A DNA stretch of 63,768 bases, filler included, from Thermoplasmatota archaeon (GTDB taxonomy: Archaea > Thermoplasmatota > E2 > JACPAO01 > JAHFTW01), in the NCBI GenBank assembly GCA_041623215.1. It is 23 parts of 23 records of this genome, joined end to end, with 100 filler letters (N's around TTAATTAATTAA, not from the genome) between each part and the next. Parts side by side here need not be neighbours in the genome. Positions count along the whole stretch, not along the records: positions 38,806 to 41,351 come from JBFJXH010000194.1; positions 41,452 to 43,993 come from JBFJXH010000195.1; positions 44,094 to 46,624 come from JBFJXH010000196.1; positions 46,725 to 49,207 come from JBFJXH010000198.1; positions 49,308 to 51,688 come from JBFJXH010000199.1; 18 more parts are not named here. One strand, given 5' to 3'. A program made the position numbers and the translations under genes. Below, piece by piece: positions 40,552 to 49,877 of this stretch. Under the pieces are notes generated by a model, which saw nothing but the letters and a program-made list of their open reading frames with translations, had not been told where the DNA came from and searched no databases. The number at the start of each line of letters is the position of its first letter. Within the stretch, counting starts at the first letter, position 1.

Positions 40552-40565
40552 TCATATACCCCTCC
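40552..40565 (+). promoter_or_regulatory. Putative TATA promoter, near-identical to the rps8e promoter
   Basis: TCATATACCCCTCC versus TCATATACCCCCTCC (minus strand, 56490-56504). Confidence 0.55.
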
Positions 40566-40582
40566 CGCCCAATGGCGTAGTC

Positions 40583-40717
40583 GTGAGCTACTCGACTGCC
40601 ATGGTCATGCACCGCATTACGCGGGACATGAGCAGTGGCAAGGTAGCTCTGTTTGTGTGCCAGAAGCGCGTTTGACCCCTGTCAAGCGGCTCTGGCCGCG
40701 TGAGAGGTGTCTTGCGC
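40583..40717 (+). ncRNA. Candidate structured 5' leader RNA: two long hairpins, overlapping a 30-codon uORF
   Basis: Nested complementary arms at 40585-40649 and 40659-40696, then SD GAGGTG. Confidence 0.45.
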
Positions 40718-41290
40718 ATGAAACCAGAACCCAGTGGAAACGAAACCCAACATCAGCCCATCGACCCTGTCCCCCGTGGACCTGCCGCCGCCGCGCGTGG
40801 CGTGTGCGGCAAGCAGGCTCGGAAGATGCGTGGCGACCTTGGCAACGTCCTACTTCTTACCACGTTGGGCGCGGTTGATGGCACAATCATCCTCTTGGCA
40901 GCCACGGGCGGCCTCACGTCCCTCGAAGCCGCCATTACCGTTGGCTTGACTGTGATTACGGGTGCCGGTGCCTGGATTGCGGCCCGCGAAGCCTTCGCGG
41001 GTCCGCGCTACCCACACGACGGTGCGGCCGCAGCGCTTGGGCGCCACACGGCCCTAGTTGGCATCGCCCTCATTAGCACAGTTGCGACCGTCACTGCCGC
41101 GTGGCTGGGCGCTTCGCTTGGTCAAGCCATGACGTTCCATGTGCTTCCCAAGGTCGCCGGCATTGTGCTTGGACTGGTAGCCCTAGAAGTAGGCGGCGTG
41201 CGCTTGCCGCGTCCCGGCCATGTTCCTGCACCCCTCGCGGTCATTGCTGCGGGCATCTCATTGGAGGTTGCTTGGGCATGGATCCCTTGA
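40718..41290 (+). CDS. Membrane protein resembling the N-terminal half of DUF5794
   Basis: LLTTLGAVDGTIILLAATG..VGLTVITG; about 5 TM helices; similarity recalled, not computed. Confidence 0.55.
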   Translation: MKPEPSGNETQHQPIDPVPRGPAAAARGVCGKQARKMRGDLGNVLLLTTLGAVDGTIILLAATGGLTSLEAAITVGLTVITGAGAWIAAREAFAGPRYPHDGAAAALGRHTALVGIALISTVATVTAAWLGASLGQAMTFHVLPKVAGIVLGLVALEVGGVRLPRPGHVPAPLAVIAAGISLEVAWAWIP

Positions 41291-41351
41291 CGGGTGCCCT
41301 CATTGCAGCCGGTGTCGGCTGGACCAGTATCGCCATCGTTGCCTACGCGCC
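41278..41351 (+). CDS. Coupled membrane protein, N-terminal fragment
   Basis: GGAGGT SD; MDPLTGALIAAGVGW...; overlaps the upstream stop. Confidence 0.55.
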
Positions 41352-41451
41352 NNNNNNNNNNNNNNNNNNNNNNNNNNNNNNNNNNNNNNNNNNNNTTAAT
41401 TAATTAANNNNNNNNNNNNNNNNNNNNNNNNNNNNNNNNNNNNNNNNNNNN

Positions 41452-41553
41452 GCGGCGCGAGCTGAAACTCACATCATAGCCACGGGCCACGATGCAGGCG
41501 CCAAGTTGCACGCCATGGGTGGCGTCATGGCCCTGCTGCGCTTCGAAGTGTGA
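41452..41553 (+). CDS. pelA: Pelota (Dom34), C-terminal fragment (not in ORF track)
   Basis: HDAGAKLHAMGGVMALLRFEV*. Confidence 0.8.
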   Translation, partial: AARAETHIIATGHDAGAKLHAMGGVMALLRFEV

Positions 41554-41630
41554 AGCTTCGCAAGGTCAAAGGGGTCCCGGACCAACGGTAAGCGCCGCCG
41601 TCCGACCCCGTACTTAGGCCCGCCAGTTGC

Positions 41631-42245
41631 CTAGTAGGCGGTTACTGCTTCCACTTCAACCGAGACGCCCAGGCCGCCGGGGCGCTGGGTCATGGATGCC
41701 GTGTGGACGCCTACTTGGTCCGGGGCGAACGTCACAGTCACGGAGGCGCCGGCGCCGGCGCCTTGCGGGAAGGTCGCCGATCCGGCCACGCTGCCGTCGG
41801 GCGCTGCAACGGAGACGGTGATGCTCCCGAAGGGATCGGGGACGTTGCTTGTCAACGTGAAGGTCACGGCGGACTCGGTTGCGCCTGTGCCGGCGAAGTA
41901 CTCCATGCTGAACGTGTTCTGTACGGGGCCCGCTTGGGCGCCGATGGAGCCGCTGGCCGAACTGGTGGTGGCGGTCGCGGTGTCGTTCTCGTTGCTTTCA
42001 CCGTCACCGTCAATGTCGTCATCCATGTAGTTGGCGGTGCCGTCACCGTCGAGGTCCTCAGAGGCGTTCAGACTCGGGTAGGCATCGGCAAACGAAGCCA
42101 TCATGGCTCCATCTTCGCCACCTGTCTCCCCGCCCGAGACCACACTGTCATCAACGTTGTTGTACTCGTAAATGAAAACGCCGGCCATGACGCCGACGAG
42201 CAGGACTGCGCCGACAATGCCGACAATGGTATCAGAGGCCACCAT
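41631..42245 (-). CDS. N-terminally anchored protein with DxDxDG calcium-binding repeats
   Basis: One TM helix; DLDGDGTANYMDDDIDGDG. Confidence 0.7.
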   Translation of the reverse strand: MVASDTIVGIVGAVLLVGVMAGVFIYEYNNVDDSVVSGGETGGEDGAMMASFADAYPSLNASEDLDGDGTANYMDDDIDGDGESNENDTATATTSSASGSIGAQAGPVQNTFSMEYFAGTGATESAVTFTLTSNVPDPFGSITVSVAAPDGSVAGSATFPQGAGAGASVTVTFAPDQVGVHTASMTQRPGGLGVSVEVEAVTAY

Positions 42246-42250
42246 ATCGC

Positions 42251-43105
42251 TCAATCCAACGGAGTTAGGATGGGTTCATAACTACTGTAGGTCACGCGCG
42301 TGACGCTGAAGCTGTTGCCGGCGTCTTCACCGCGGGGGTTTTGAGGGTCCACCGGGCACGCTGGCGCGGCCGGGCCCACGGGCCCACCAGTCGTGCAGTC
42401 ACCCGCTTCCAGAAGTGTTACTCGAATGCGCCATACGCCGCCGCCCCCCGCTTCATACTCGGGGATGATGCGCCGAGCTGCGTCCTGCACGGTCTCGTCC
42501 GGGTGTGCGCCCTCCACGATGGCGGCGGTGGGTTTGGGGTTGTGGACATAATTGAATCCAACTTCAAACGGCACGGCTACACTCGTTAGTCCGCCATTGG
42601 ACTCGTCGGGGCGACCACTGGGATTGGCCAGCTCGAGCGTTTCGGAGGTGACCCCATCGGGGTCCAGCAACTCCACTTTGAACCGATCCGGAGCGCTCGA
42701 GGCCATGTCATCGGTCCAGCCAACGGTAATCGAGAAACCAATGAGATTGGCGCCGCTGGGGACGGGCACTTCGAAGTCTACCGTTTCGCCTTCCAAGAGG
42801 TCGGCACTGACGGTCGCCATTTCTTCGGTTGATTCGAGGAAGTCAAGCCGGAACTGGGGATTGGGAATGACCGTTTCAGGTAGCGTCACCACCAGCACGG
42901 CTGCCCAGATTAGCAGCGCCGTCCCAAGCACCCCCATGACAATGTCCACCTGAGCTCGGCGCGAGGGTGCTCCAGATCTGTCGCGGGCCTTGGCACGCCG
43001 CTTGGCGCCTGGCGCTGCCACTACGTGCCCAACGCGGGCGGGAGCAGGAGCTTCAATCACGGTGCCACGCCGTGCCACGAGGCGTCCACTCGGTGTCCGC
43101 TTCAA
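42251..43105 (-). CDS. Single-TM membrane-anchored protein (start uncertain)
   Basis: Basic N-tail, TM helix, beta-rich ectodomain with 2 Cys. Confidence 0.65.
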   Translation of the reverse strand: MKRTPSGRLVARRGTVIEAPAPARVGHVVAAPGAKRRAKARDRSGAPSRRAQVDIVMGVLGTALLIWAAVLVVTLPETVIPNPQFRLDFLESTEEMATVSADLLEGETVDFEVPVPSGANLIGFSITVGWTDDMASSAPDRFKVELLDPDGVTSETLELANPSGRPDESNGGLTSVAVPFEVGFNYVHNPKPTAAIVEGAHPDETVQDAARRIIPEYEAGGGGVWRIRVTLLEAGDCTTGGPVGPAAPACPVDPQNPRGEDAGNSFSVTRVTYSSYEPILTPLD

Positions 43106-43161
43106 AGAGGTTGTCGGATGCGCCGACGAAACTTGACGTCCGGAATTCCCCGGTTTTCGGC

Positions 43162-43476
43162 CTACCGGTGGCGGTTCAGCGTGTCCTCGAGGGACTGCTT
43201 CGGCACAGCGCCAACCACTTGGTCCACGCGTTCGCCGTTCTTGTAAATGAACAGGGTGGGGATGCTCATGACACCGTTGCTGGCGGCGGTCGTCTGGTTC
43301 TCATCCGTGTTCAGCTTGCCAAAATGCACATCGTCCATCTCGCCGGCCAATTCATCAATGACGGGGCCAAGGCGCTTGCACGGGCCGCACCAGGGGGCCC
43401 AGAAGTCGATGAGGACCACGCCGTCCTGCTTGGTGAACGAATCGAAGTCGGCATCGGAAACGGTTGTAACTGCCAT
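43162..43476 (-). CDS. trxA: Thioredoxin
   Basis: DFWAPWCGPCK, SIPTL. Confidence 0.97.
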   Translation of the reverse strand: MAVTTVSDADFDSFTKQDGVVLIDFWAPWCGPCKRLGPVIDELAGEMDDVHFGKLNTDENQTTAASNGVMSIPTLFIYKNGERVDQVVGAVPKQSLEDTLNRHR

Positions 43477-43564
43477 GGTCGCCGCGATTCCGCGACCCGT
43501 TTTAGCCCATGGGGTAGGCGACCAGACAACAAGGGTCAAGGCTGGCGACCCCGGTGGCCGACCA

Positions 43565-43993
43565 TTGGCGATTCAATACTTGAGTGAGGCTTGGGGGGAA
43601 GCTGCCCTCCAGCGCCTGCGAGAGGACGACGACGTTCAGCGCGCGTTGGCCCGCGTGGACGTCAGCCTCCTCAGCATCATTCGAGATGCCCCCGAGGGCT
43701 GTTTCCGCTTCATTTACGCCCGCTTTGCCGATGGCGTCCTATCGGACTATCGCGTGGGCCACGATTTTGCTTCGGTGCAGGACGTTCCCAAACCAACATT
43801 CACCGTCAGTGGGGACTACACCACGTTTGCAGCGTGCCAAAATGGCGACTTGTCGGAGAAACGCGCCGTCCTGACCGGTCGCTTGCACTTGACAGGGGGC
43901 CTGACGCGGGCCCTACGTTATTGGCACGCGCTGGAAGCGCTGACAGAGTGCCTTCGCGCCATCGAGTGTGACACCGAGCCGCCGGTTACGGCC
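43565..43993 (+). CDS. SCP2 sterol-carrier-like domain protein (3' end at contig edge)
   Basis: YLSEAW, PTFTVSGDY, AVLTGRLHLTG. Confidence 0.75.
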
Positions 43994-44093
43994 NNNNNNN
44001 NNNNNNNNNNNNNNNNNNNNNNNNNNNNNNNNNNNNNTTAATTAATTAANNNNNNNNNNNNNNNNNNNNNNNNNNNNNNNNNNNNNNNNNNNN

Positions 44094-44734
44094 CCGAGGG
44101 GGGCCACACGTTTGATGTGCGGTTTGTGGCTGACGACGAGCGCTTTCTGGGGCCGGATGAATGGCAGGGTCGGTGGACCCACCAGACGCCCGCCGGCGTC
44201 CAGCATACGTCATGGTCGCCGCAAGCCAGCGTGCAAATCGTGCTTGACCGACCCGGTCCTTATTGGGTCGATTTAGTGTTGCATAACCCAGAGCGGGGCA
44301 TGCACGGGGTTTGGCAACTGGCCGGGGCCTGGAGTGCTTCTTGGAACGTGACGGGGACCATCGCGAATGATGTTCCTGGCACTGGCGCAACGGCCAATCG
44401 CTTCCTAGTGCCGGCCGACGGCCCGCACCGTGTGTCGCTGGAGTCACGCGCCACCGAAGCGTCGGCGGCAGGACTTGGTCGAACACTGGTGCTATCGGGC
44501 CTTGCCTCGTTTGGCTATGTGGAATGCCGTGGCGGGGCCTCGTTGGCACCGGATCAAGACGACACCCATCACTTCATGCTCATTGAAGCCTATGAACCAG
44601 GACAGGTGGAAGCTTGGGTGGGGGCCCCCGCCAATGGCTGCTATCGCGACGCCGGGCGCCTCAACGTCGAGGCGGTTCCCTACCAGTTATCGGTCGTTGT
44701 GGAACCTCTTGGCGCTGGCCGCTACTGGTACTAG
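44094..44734 (+). CDS. Lipoprotein C-terminal part (continuation of 53449-54146)
   Basis: First 343 nt are near-identical to 53804-54146. Confidence 0.8.
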
Positions 44735-44738
44735 CGGG

Positions 44739-45428
44739 TCAGCGTAGAAGGCCCCGAAGCCGCGCTTGCAACTCGGGCAGCGGCAGCTCGGTCACCAGGA
44801 GCGGGATCTGTTCGAATTCAGCCAACCGGTACGCCAGGCGGTCCACATCTTCCGGCTGGTGGTACACCACGACGCTGGGCTTCATGGGATGTACCCGGAT
44901 GGCAATCATGGGCGAGCGACCGTACTTGATGCCACTGAAAATGAGGGCGCGCTCTGTGGACCAGCCGTACACGCGGACGTAGTCGTTGGCGGTCAAGCTG
45001 CCAATGGCTTGGATGGCATCGATGAGCGTGTAGCCCTGAATCTTCTTCTCTTCGATGCCACCAAGCACCAATGCCCGCGCCTCGATGGCCTCCTGGAATT
45101 CGAGCGCCGGCACGGACCTGGGCAGTTCCTGAATGTCCAAGATGCCCTCGGTCGGATTAATGAGCGAATGGTACCGAGCAAGAATTTGGCCGCCGCGCGC
45201 CTCGTCGAGGTCCACGAGGGATTCCACCATGCGCCGTACCGTGGCAATGCCGGGCGATTTCCGTCGGCCCGACTCATAGTCTGATACAACCGACGGGTTC
45301 ACACCGAGGTGATGGGCGAGATCGGACTGACTGACCTCGAAGGCCTCTCGCCACTTACGCATCGTGGCTCCCGGTTGGTCGGATAAGGCAATTTCACCGG
45401 CCATCTTCTCCAGCAGGCGTCCGCGCAC
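44739..45428 (-). CDS. Archaeal HTH (XRE) transcriptional regulator, COG1709-like
   Basis: MAGEIALS..PG.TMRKWR..F, SVVSDYESGRRKSPG, GWSTERALIF....GRSPMIAIRV. Confidence 0.9.
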   Translation of the reverse strand: MRGRLLEKMAGEIALSDQPGATMRKWREAFEVSQSDLAHHLGVNPSVVSDYESGRRKSPGIATVRRMVESLVDLDEARGGQILARYHSLINPTEGILDIQELPRSVPALEFQEAIEARALVLGGIEEKKIQGYTLIDAIQAIGSLTANDYVRVYGWSTERALIFSGIKYGRSPMIAIRVHPMKPSVVVYHQPEDVDRLAYRLAEFEQIPLLVTELPLPELQARLRGLLR

Positions 45429-45545
45429 AAGCAGAAGACGTCGATAGCCGCACTTAGGTTCGTCGCATCACGAACTCCTGGGGTCGATGGCGCGCTGGCC
45501 GCAACTCCGAGGTCTTTTGTGCGCGCGCCCCGTGGCGGGGATGCC

Positions 45546-45995
45546 ATGATGACTGCCGCCAACGACGCCTCCGAAGAAGCCTTGCAACAATTCATTGCCA
45601 CCGTGCCCGGCGAAGGGGGCACAGCCATTCGCACCTTGGCGCATGCATGGTCAAGCGGAGGAGGCCGCCACTTGGCAGGCACCCACGCCGTTCGCCTACT
45701 GGGGCCGGACAATCCAGATGGGAGCCACAATACCGCGGCGGTGCTTCGAGGTGGCGGCAAACCGGTCATTGAATTGGCACGCATCATCCTCGAGCACCAT
45801 GGCATCACGCATGACGAATGGACGTACTGGAGCGACGAGATCATTGATCTGCATCCTGACTTCGATGCCACCGCCAAATTCCCCACGGTGCCCCTGCTAG
45901 ACTTGGACGCAGACCACCTCGTCCGGCTCGTCGTGGCCCTACGCGACCTAGCCATGCTTTCCTACCGCGGCGGCGCCCCCGAAACGAAGGCCTGA
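45546..45995 (+). CDS. Hypothetical protein
   Basis: ORF of about 149 aa filling the gap before the G3P dehydrogenase gene. Confidence 0.55.
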   Translation: MMTAANDASEEALQQFIATVPGEGGTAIRTLAHAWSSGGGRHLAGTHAVRLLGPDNPDGSHNTAAVLRGGGKPVIELARIILEHHGITHDEWTYWSDEIIDLHPDFDATAKFPTVPLLDLDADHLVRLVVALRDLAMLSYRGGAPETKA

Positions 45996-46011
45996 AAGCC
46001 GCAGCAGGAGG

Positions 46012-46624
46012 TTGACGGCCGTGTTTCCCTCGCCTGCTGCATCTGCTGGCCAAGCGGCCCGCAGCACAGGCACAGGAGCCACCCAAGAGCCGCCCTATGA
46101 CCTGCTAGTCATTGGCGGTGGTATCAACGGCTGCGGCATTGCGCGGGATGCGGCGGACCATGGACTCTCCGTCTGTCTCGTCGAGCGCGACACCTACGGC
46201 TGTGGAACCAGTAGCAAGAGCAGCAAGCTCGCCCACGGAGGGCTTCGCTATCTGGAGCAATTCGAATTTGGCTTGGTCCACGAAGCGCTGCAAGACCGCG
46301 AACGCATGCTCAAAGAATTCCCGGATATCGTGACGCCCCTTCGGTTTCTCTACCCCATCTATCCGCACGTAGCAGCCCGCCGAACGGTCCGCGTCGGACT
46401 ACTGCTCTACGATATCCTGAGCCACGGCAAAAGCCTCCCCAAGCGGGGATACCTCAACCGCCGCCGGACGCTCGAAGTAGCCCCCGGCCTCAACGAAGAA
46501 GGCTTGGTGGGAGCGGCAACCTACTACGATGGCCTCATTGACGACGTACCTGAAATTTGTCGACGTCTTATTGCCAAAGCGGAAGCCGCCGGTGCCAAGT
46601 GTCACGAGCAAACAAAGGTGACAG
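46012..46624 (+). CDS. glpD: FAD-dependent glycerol-3-phosphate dehydrogenase (3' truncated)
   Basis: IGGGINGCG.ARDAA, GTSSKSSKLAHGGLRYLE, YYDG. Confidence 0.9.
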
Positions 46625-46724
46625 NNNNNNNNNNNNNNNNNNNNNNNNNNNNNNNNNNNNNNNNNNNNTTAATTAATTAANNNNNNNNNNNNNNNNNNNN
46701 NNNNNNNNNNNNNNNNNNNNNNNN

Positions 46725-47258
46725 ACCATTGCCGGCCACCTGGTATCCCTCGCGGAATCAGGCGTGCTAAGGGAGCTGGAACGACCACCAAGTAAGCACT
46801 ATGCCCTTGCCGATCCCACGGTTCATCAGGATCTGTATGCGCGCCTTGGCCGCATCGCGGCCAACGTGGTGCCGGACGCCCGGCAACGCAGCCTGGCGAC
46901 CCTGGGTGCCCTGCAACACCTACTGGGGCGCCCCATCTTTCGCACCGAACTGCAGCGGGCAAACGCCGCCATGGATCCGTTGCTATTGCCTCCCGCTAAG
47001 GTAGACGAGGCAGAACGCCGTCGCTACTTGGGACTCGTCCGGACACGCACGACCGACGCACTCCACCCGCCACGCGGGGACCCACTATACGACGGAGCGA
47101 TGGCGACGGCCAAGGCCGGGACCCAGTGGCCAGCCATTGCGCAGGACCTGGTGCGGCGAGTGGCCCTAGAGGCCGCCCACGCCGAGCATCTGGCAGACCA
47201 GCGCACGCCGACGGCATCGGACTTTGCAAAGCTCGACGTTGCCGGAGGCGTGTCATGA
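46725..47258 (+). CDS. Hypothetical protein, possibly winged-helix containing (5' truncated)
   Basis: TIAGHLVSLAESGVL...KHY; ATGA-coupled to cca. Confidence 0.55.
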   Translation, partial: TIAGHLVSLAESGVLRELERPPSKHYALADPTVHQDLYARLGRIAANVVPDARQRSLATLGALQHLLGRPIFRTELQRANAAMDPLLLPPAKVDEAERRRYLGLVRTRTTDALHPPRGDPLYDGAMATAKAGTQWPAIAQDLVRRVALEAAHAEHLADQRTPTASDFAKLDVAGGVS

Positions 47259-48607
47259 CGCTCCTGGCCAGCATCCTGGAGAAAATCAAACCAACCAGCG
47301 CGCAGCAGGACTCGATGAGGGTGACCGCCCGGGCTTTGGTGGCGCGTGCCAATGACAGCCTGGCGCGCCACGCCGATGCCGACTCGGCAGCCGAGGCAGT
47401 TGTCCAAGGCAGCATTGCCAAGGACACATGGATTGCGGACAGCCGAGACTTGGACCTATTTCTCCTCCTGCATCCCGACACGCCTGCCGACCAGCTGGCG
47501 GCGATTGCTAAGAGGGTCGCCGATGACACGCTGGAGGATGTGCAGCAACGCTACGCGCAACATCCGTACCAGGTGGGCACCTTCCAGGGATGCACGGTAG
47601 ACCTCGTGCCTGCGTACCGGGTCCAGGATGGCGATCAGGCGAAGAGCGCCGTGGACCGTACGCCCTTTCACACAGCCTGGGTTTGTAACCATCTTGACGA
47701 CGCCGCCAGGGACCAAGTGCGACTGGTGAAGCAATGGTGCAAGGGAACGGGCGTGTATGGCGCCGAGACAGCCATTGGAGGCTTCAGCGGGTATCTACTG
47801 GAGGTACTTGTCCATCGCTTCGGAGATTTTTCGGGCGTCCTTGCTTGGCTGGCACGTGGAGCCAATCCGCGCGCGCTGGACCACGGCGAAGGTCTGCCTG
47901 CCGATGACGCGGCGGTTCTTCTGGTGGCCGACCCCGTGGACCCCCACCGCAATGTGGCTGCCGCTGTTCAGCAAGACACGCTGGACCGGGCGATGCTAGC
48001 GGCGCGGTGCTTCCAAGCATCACCCAGCGAGTCGTTCTTCTTTCCTCGGCCGCGCCGTGCGGAATCGCAAGAGGTCCTCCAGGCGGCCCTGCTAGGCGGA
48101 GGATGGTGTGCCCTCCATCTTCGTCCCGCGACCGATCGTTTGGACATCGTGTTCCCACAATTTCAGAAGGCCACGAGGGCTGTTGCGGAGGACTTCGTCC
48201 GTGCAGGCTTCGGGGCCACTCGGCGAGCAACCCAGGTACTCGCCGATGGTTCGGTCCTGATGCAGTGGGCCACGACGGTGCAGGAATTGCCGCCGCAGGA
48301 CCGCCGGCTGGGTCCTCCGGCAACAAGTGACCGGAATGCGGCACGTTTTCGCGACAAGTGGCAATCACACCCGGATGCGGCAGGTCCTGTCATGGAAGAC
48401 GGGGGGCGGCTGGTGGTAGACGTTCGCCGTACGGCAACAACGCCTGCGGCTCACCTTGGGCACCGGAGGTCCGCGCTCCTTCAGGCCAAGCACGTCAAGC
48501 TGGCGACCGACGCAAGCGGTATCGTAGCAGATCCGGCCGACTTGCCGCCGGTTGCGGCTGCGGTCGCCGCAGATTTCATCCTGGACCGGTCGCCATGGGA
48601 ACGTTAG
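47255..48607 (+). CDS. cca: Archaeal (class I) CCA-adding enzyme
   Basis: GSIAKDTW....DLDLF, YAQHPY, SAVDRTPFH, GVYGAE...GGFSGYL, DPVDP.RNVAAA. Confidence 0.94.
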   Translation: MTLLASILEKIKPTSAQQDSMRVTARALVARANDSLARHADADSAAEAVVQGSIAKDTWIADSRDLDLFLLLHPDTPADQLAAIAKRVADDTLEDVQQRYAQHPYQVGTFQGCTVDLVPAYRVQDGDQAKSAVDRTPFHTAWVCNHLDDAARDQVRLVKQWCKGTGVYGAETAIGGFSGYLLEVLVHRFGDFSGVLAWLARGANPRALDHGEGLPADDAAVLLVADPVDPHRNVAAAVQQDTLDRAMLAARCFQASPSESFFFPRPRRAESQEVLQAALLGGGWCALHLRPATDRLDIVFPQFQKATRAVAEDFVRAGFGATRRATQVLADGSVLMQWATTVQELPPQDRRLGPPATSDRNAARFRDKWQSHPDAAGPVMEDGGRLVVDVRRTATTPAAHLGHRRSALLQAKHVKLATDASGIVADPADLPPVAAAVAADFILDRSPWER

Positions 48608-49207
48608 CTGGCCAGGTCATCCGGGCCGGTTGGCATGACGAGGTTCCTGTCATTCAGCTCCGTCACGCCGGTGGACAAGTTGAATCGCTTCCCATCGGCA
48701 GCCGACTGGATTGGAATGTGGGCCAACAAGTGACTTGCACGGGCCGTTGGCAGGACGGGGCTTGGCAGCCTTGTCCCGACCACACCGTTGTGAACCGCAT
48801 GTCACAATGCAGTCGGTGTGCGCCAGACTTGGATTGTGTCTTTGAGCCACGTTGCCAAAGCGAGGATTCGGTTTGTTCGTGCGATTTTGGCAACCAAGAC
48901 CACACGGTGTATGTCGCCTACTACGGACTGCTGCCAAAGGTCGGCATGACTATCGCGTCCCGGGCCCCGCTGCGGGCGCGCGAGCAAGGCGCCGACGCTT
49001 GGATGTCGCTGGACACGCTGCCCAATCGGGGCCGTGCCCGCCAGCAAGAGCGCCGCGTCGTAACCCTCTATGGGCTTCCGGAGCGCCGGCGAACTCGTGA
49101 GATGCTGGGGCAGTTGGCACGACCGGTTCCTTGGGATCGCATCCACGAGCGGGCGGCGGCGCTGCGAAGCCGCCTTGCCAGCCGGTACCCGGATGCCGGC
49201 CCTTTAC
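48595..49207 (+). CDS. DUF2797 family protein (3' truncated)
   Basis: Cys-rich region, H.VY.A, KVG.T, R..EQGA. Confidence 0.82.
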
Positions 49208-49307
49208 NNNNNNNNNNNNNNNNNNNNNNNNNNNNNNNNNNNNNNNNNNNNTTAATTAATTAANNNNNNNNNNNNNNNNNNNNNNNNNNNNNNNNNNNNN
49301 NNNNNNN

Positions 49308-49433
49308 TACGCCAGCGACCTCGCGGTTGCACGCCACCGCTTCATCCAGCCCGGCTTTGTCAACCGTGCCTGGGGGCTGCCGGCGTATTACGCGGGGCAG
49401 TTCATGTTGGCATGGAGCATCGTAACCATCTGA
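49308..49433 (+). CDS. YhhN/lysoplasmalogenase family, C-terminal fragment (not in ORF track)
   Basis: YASDLAVARHRF...NRAWGLPAYYAGQFMLA. Confidence 0.8.
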   Translation, partial: YASDLAVARHRFIQPGFVNRAWGLPAYYAGQFMLAWSIVTI

Positions 49434-49530
49434 CGCAGCGCCAGGCGGAGTGCAGCGAGACCCCCCAAACCTGTTCGCCGGTTCAGGCAACGGCGCGCTG
49501 GACATCGTCCCGCACCCTGCCATGCTGCCC

Positions 49531-49824
49531 CTATGGTCCGTTGCTCAAGTCGGCGCGGGGTCGTGGAAAAAGCCGGTACCAAAGCACCAGCCCCCAAGCG
49601 ACAATATTGGCCCCGAAGCCGAAGGTGACTCGAAGCGGTTGCTGATGCAAGATCCAGTAGGCAAGCGTCAATCCACTCGCACCCACCACGAGCAAGATGA
49701 ACGGTATGGACAAGTCGTCGGCGCGCCCGAGGCGCATCGTTCGGACCACTTGCGGCAGCAGGGCCACTGTGAAGCCTACCGTGCCCAGCACGATGAGGGC
49801 TTCGCCGCTGCCAAGGTGGGTCAT
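49531..49824 (-). CDS. SemiSWEET/PQ-loop small transporter
   Basis: ALLPQVVRT..LGRADDLS; 3 TM helices. Confidence 0.8.
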   Translation of the reverse strand: MTHLGSGEALIVLGTVGFTVALLPQVVRTMRLGRADDLSIPFILLVVGASGLTLAYWILHQQPLRVTFGFGANIVAWGLVLWYRLFPRPRADLSNGP

Positions 49825-49848
49825 GGCGATGCTACTGGCGCGGCTTGG

Positions 49849-49854
49849 TTTAAG
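49849..49854. promoter_or_regulatory. Putative bidirectional TATA box
   Basis: TTTAAG/CTTAAA lies 23-24 nt from both divergent start codons. Confidence 0.5.
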
Positions 49855-49877
49855 GACCGGCGACATGGTCCCCCGAC

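Noticed and set aside
40451..40717. Cobalamin, yybP-ykoY or fluoride riboswitch
   Set aside because: Only isolated fragments (ACTGCCCCG on plus, GCCACTG on minus) are present, on opposite strands; the conserved cores are absent.
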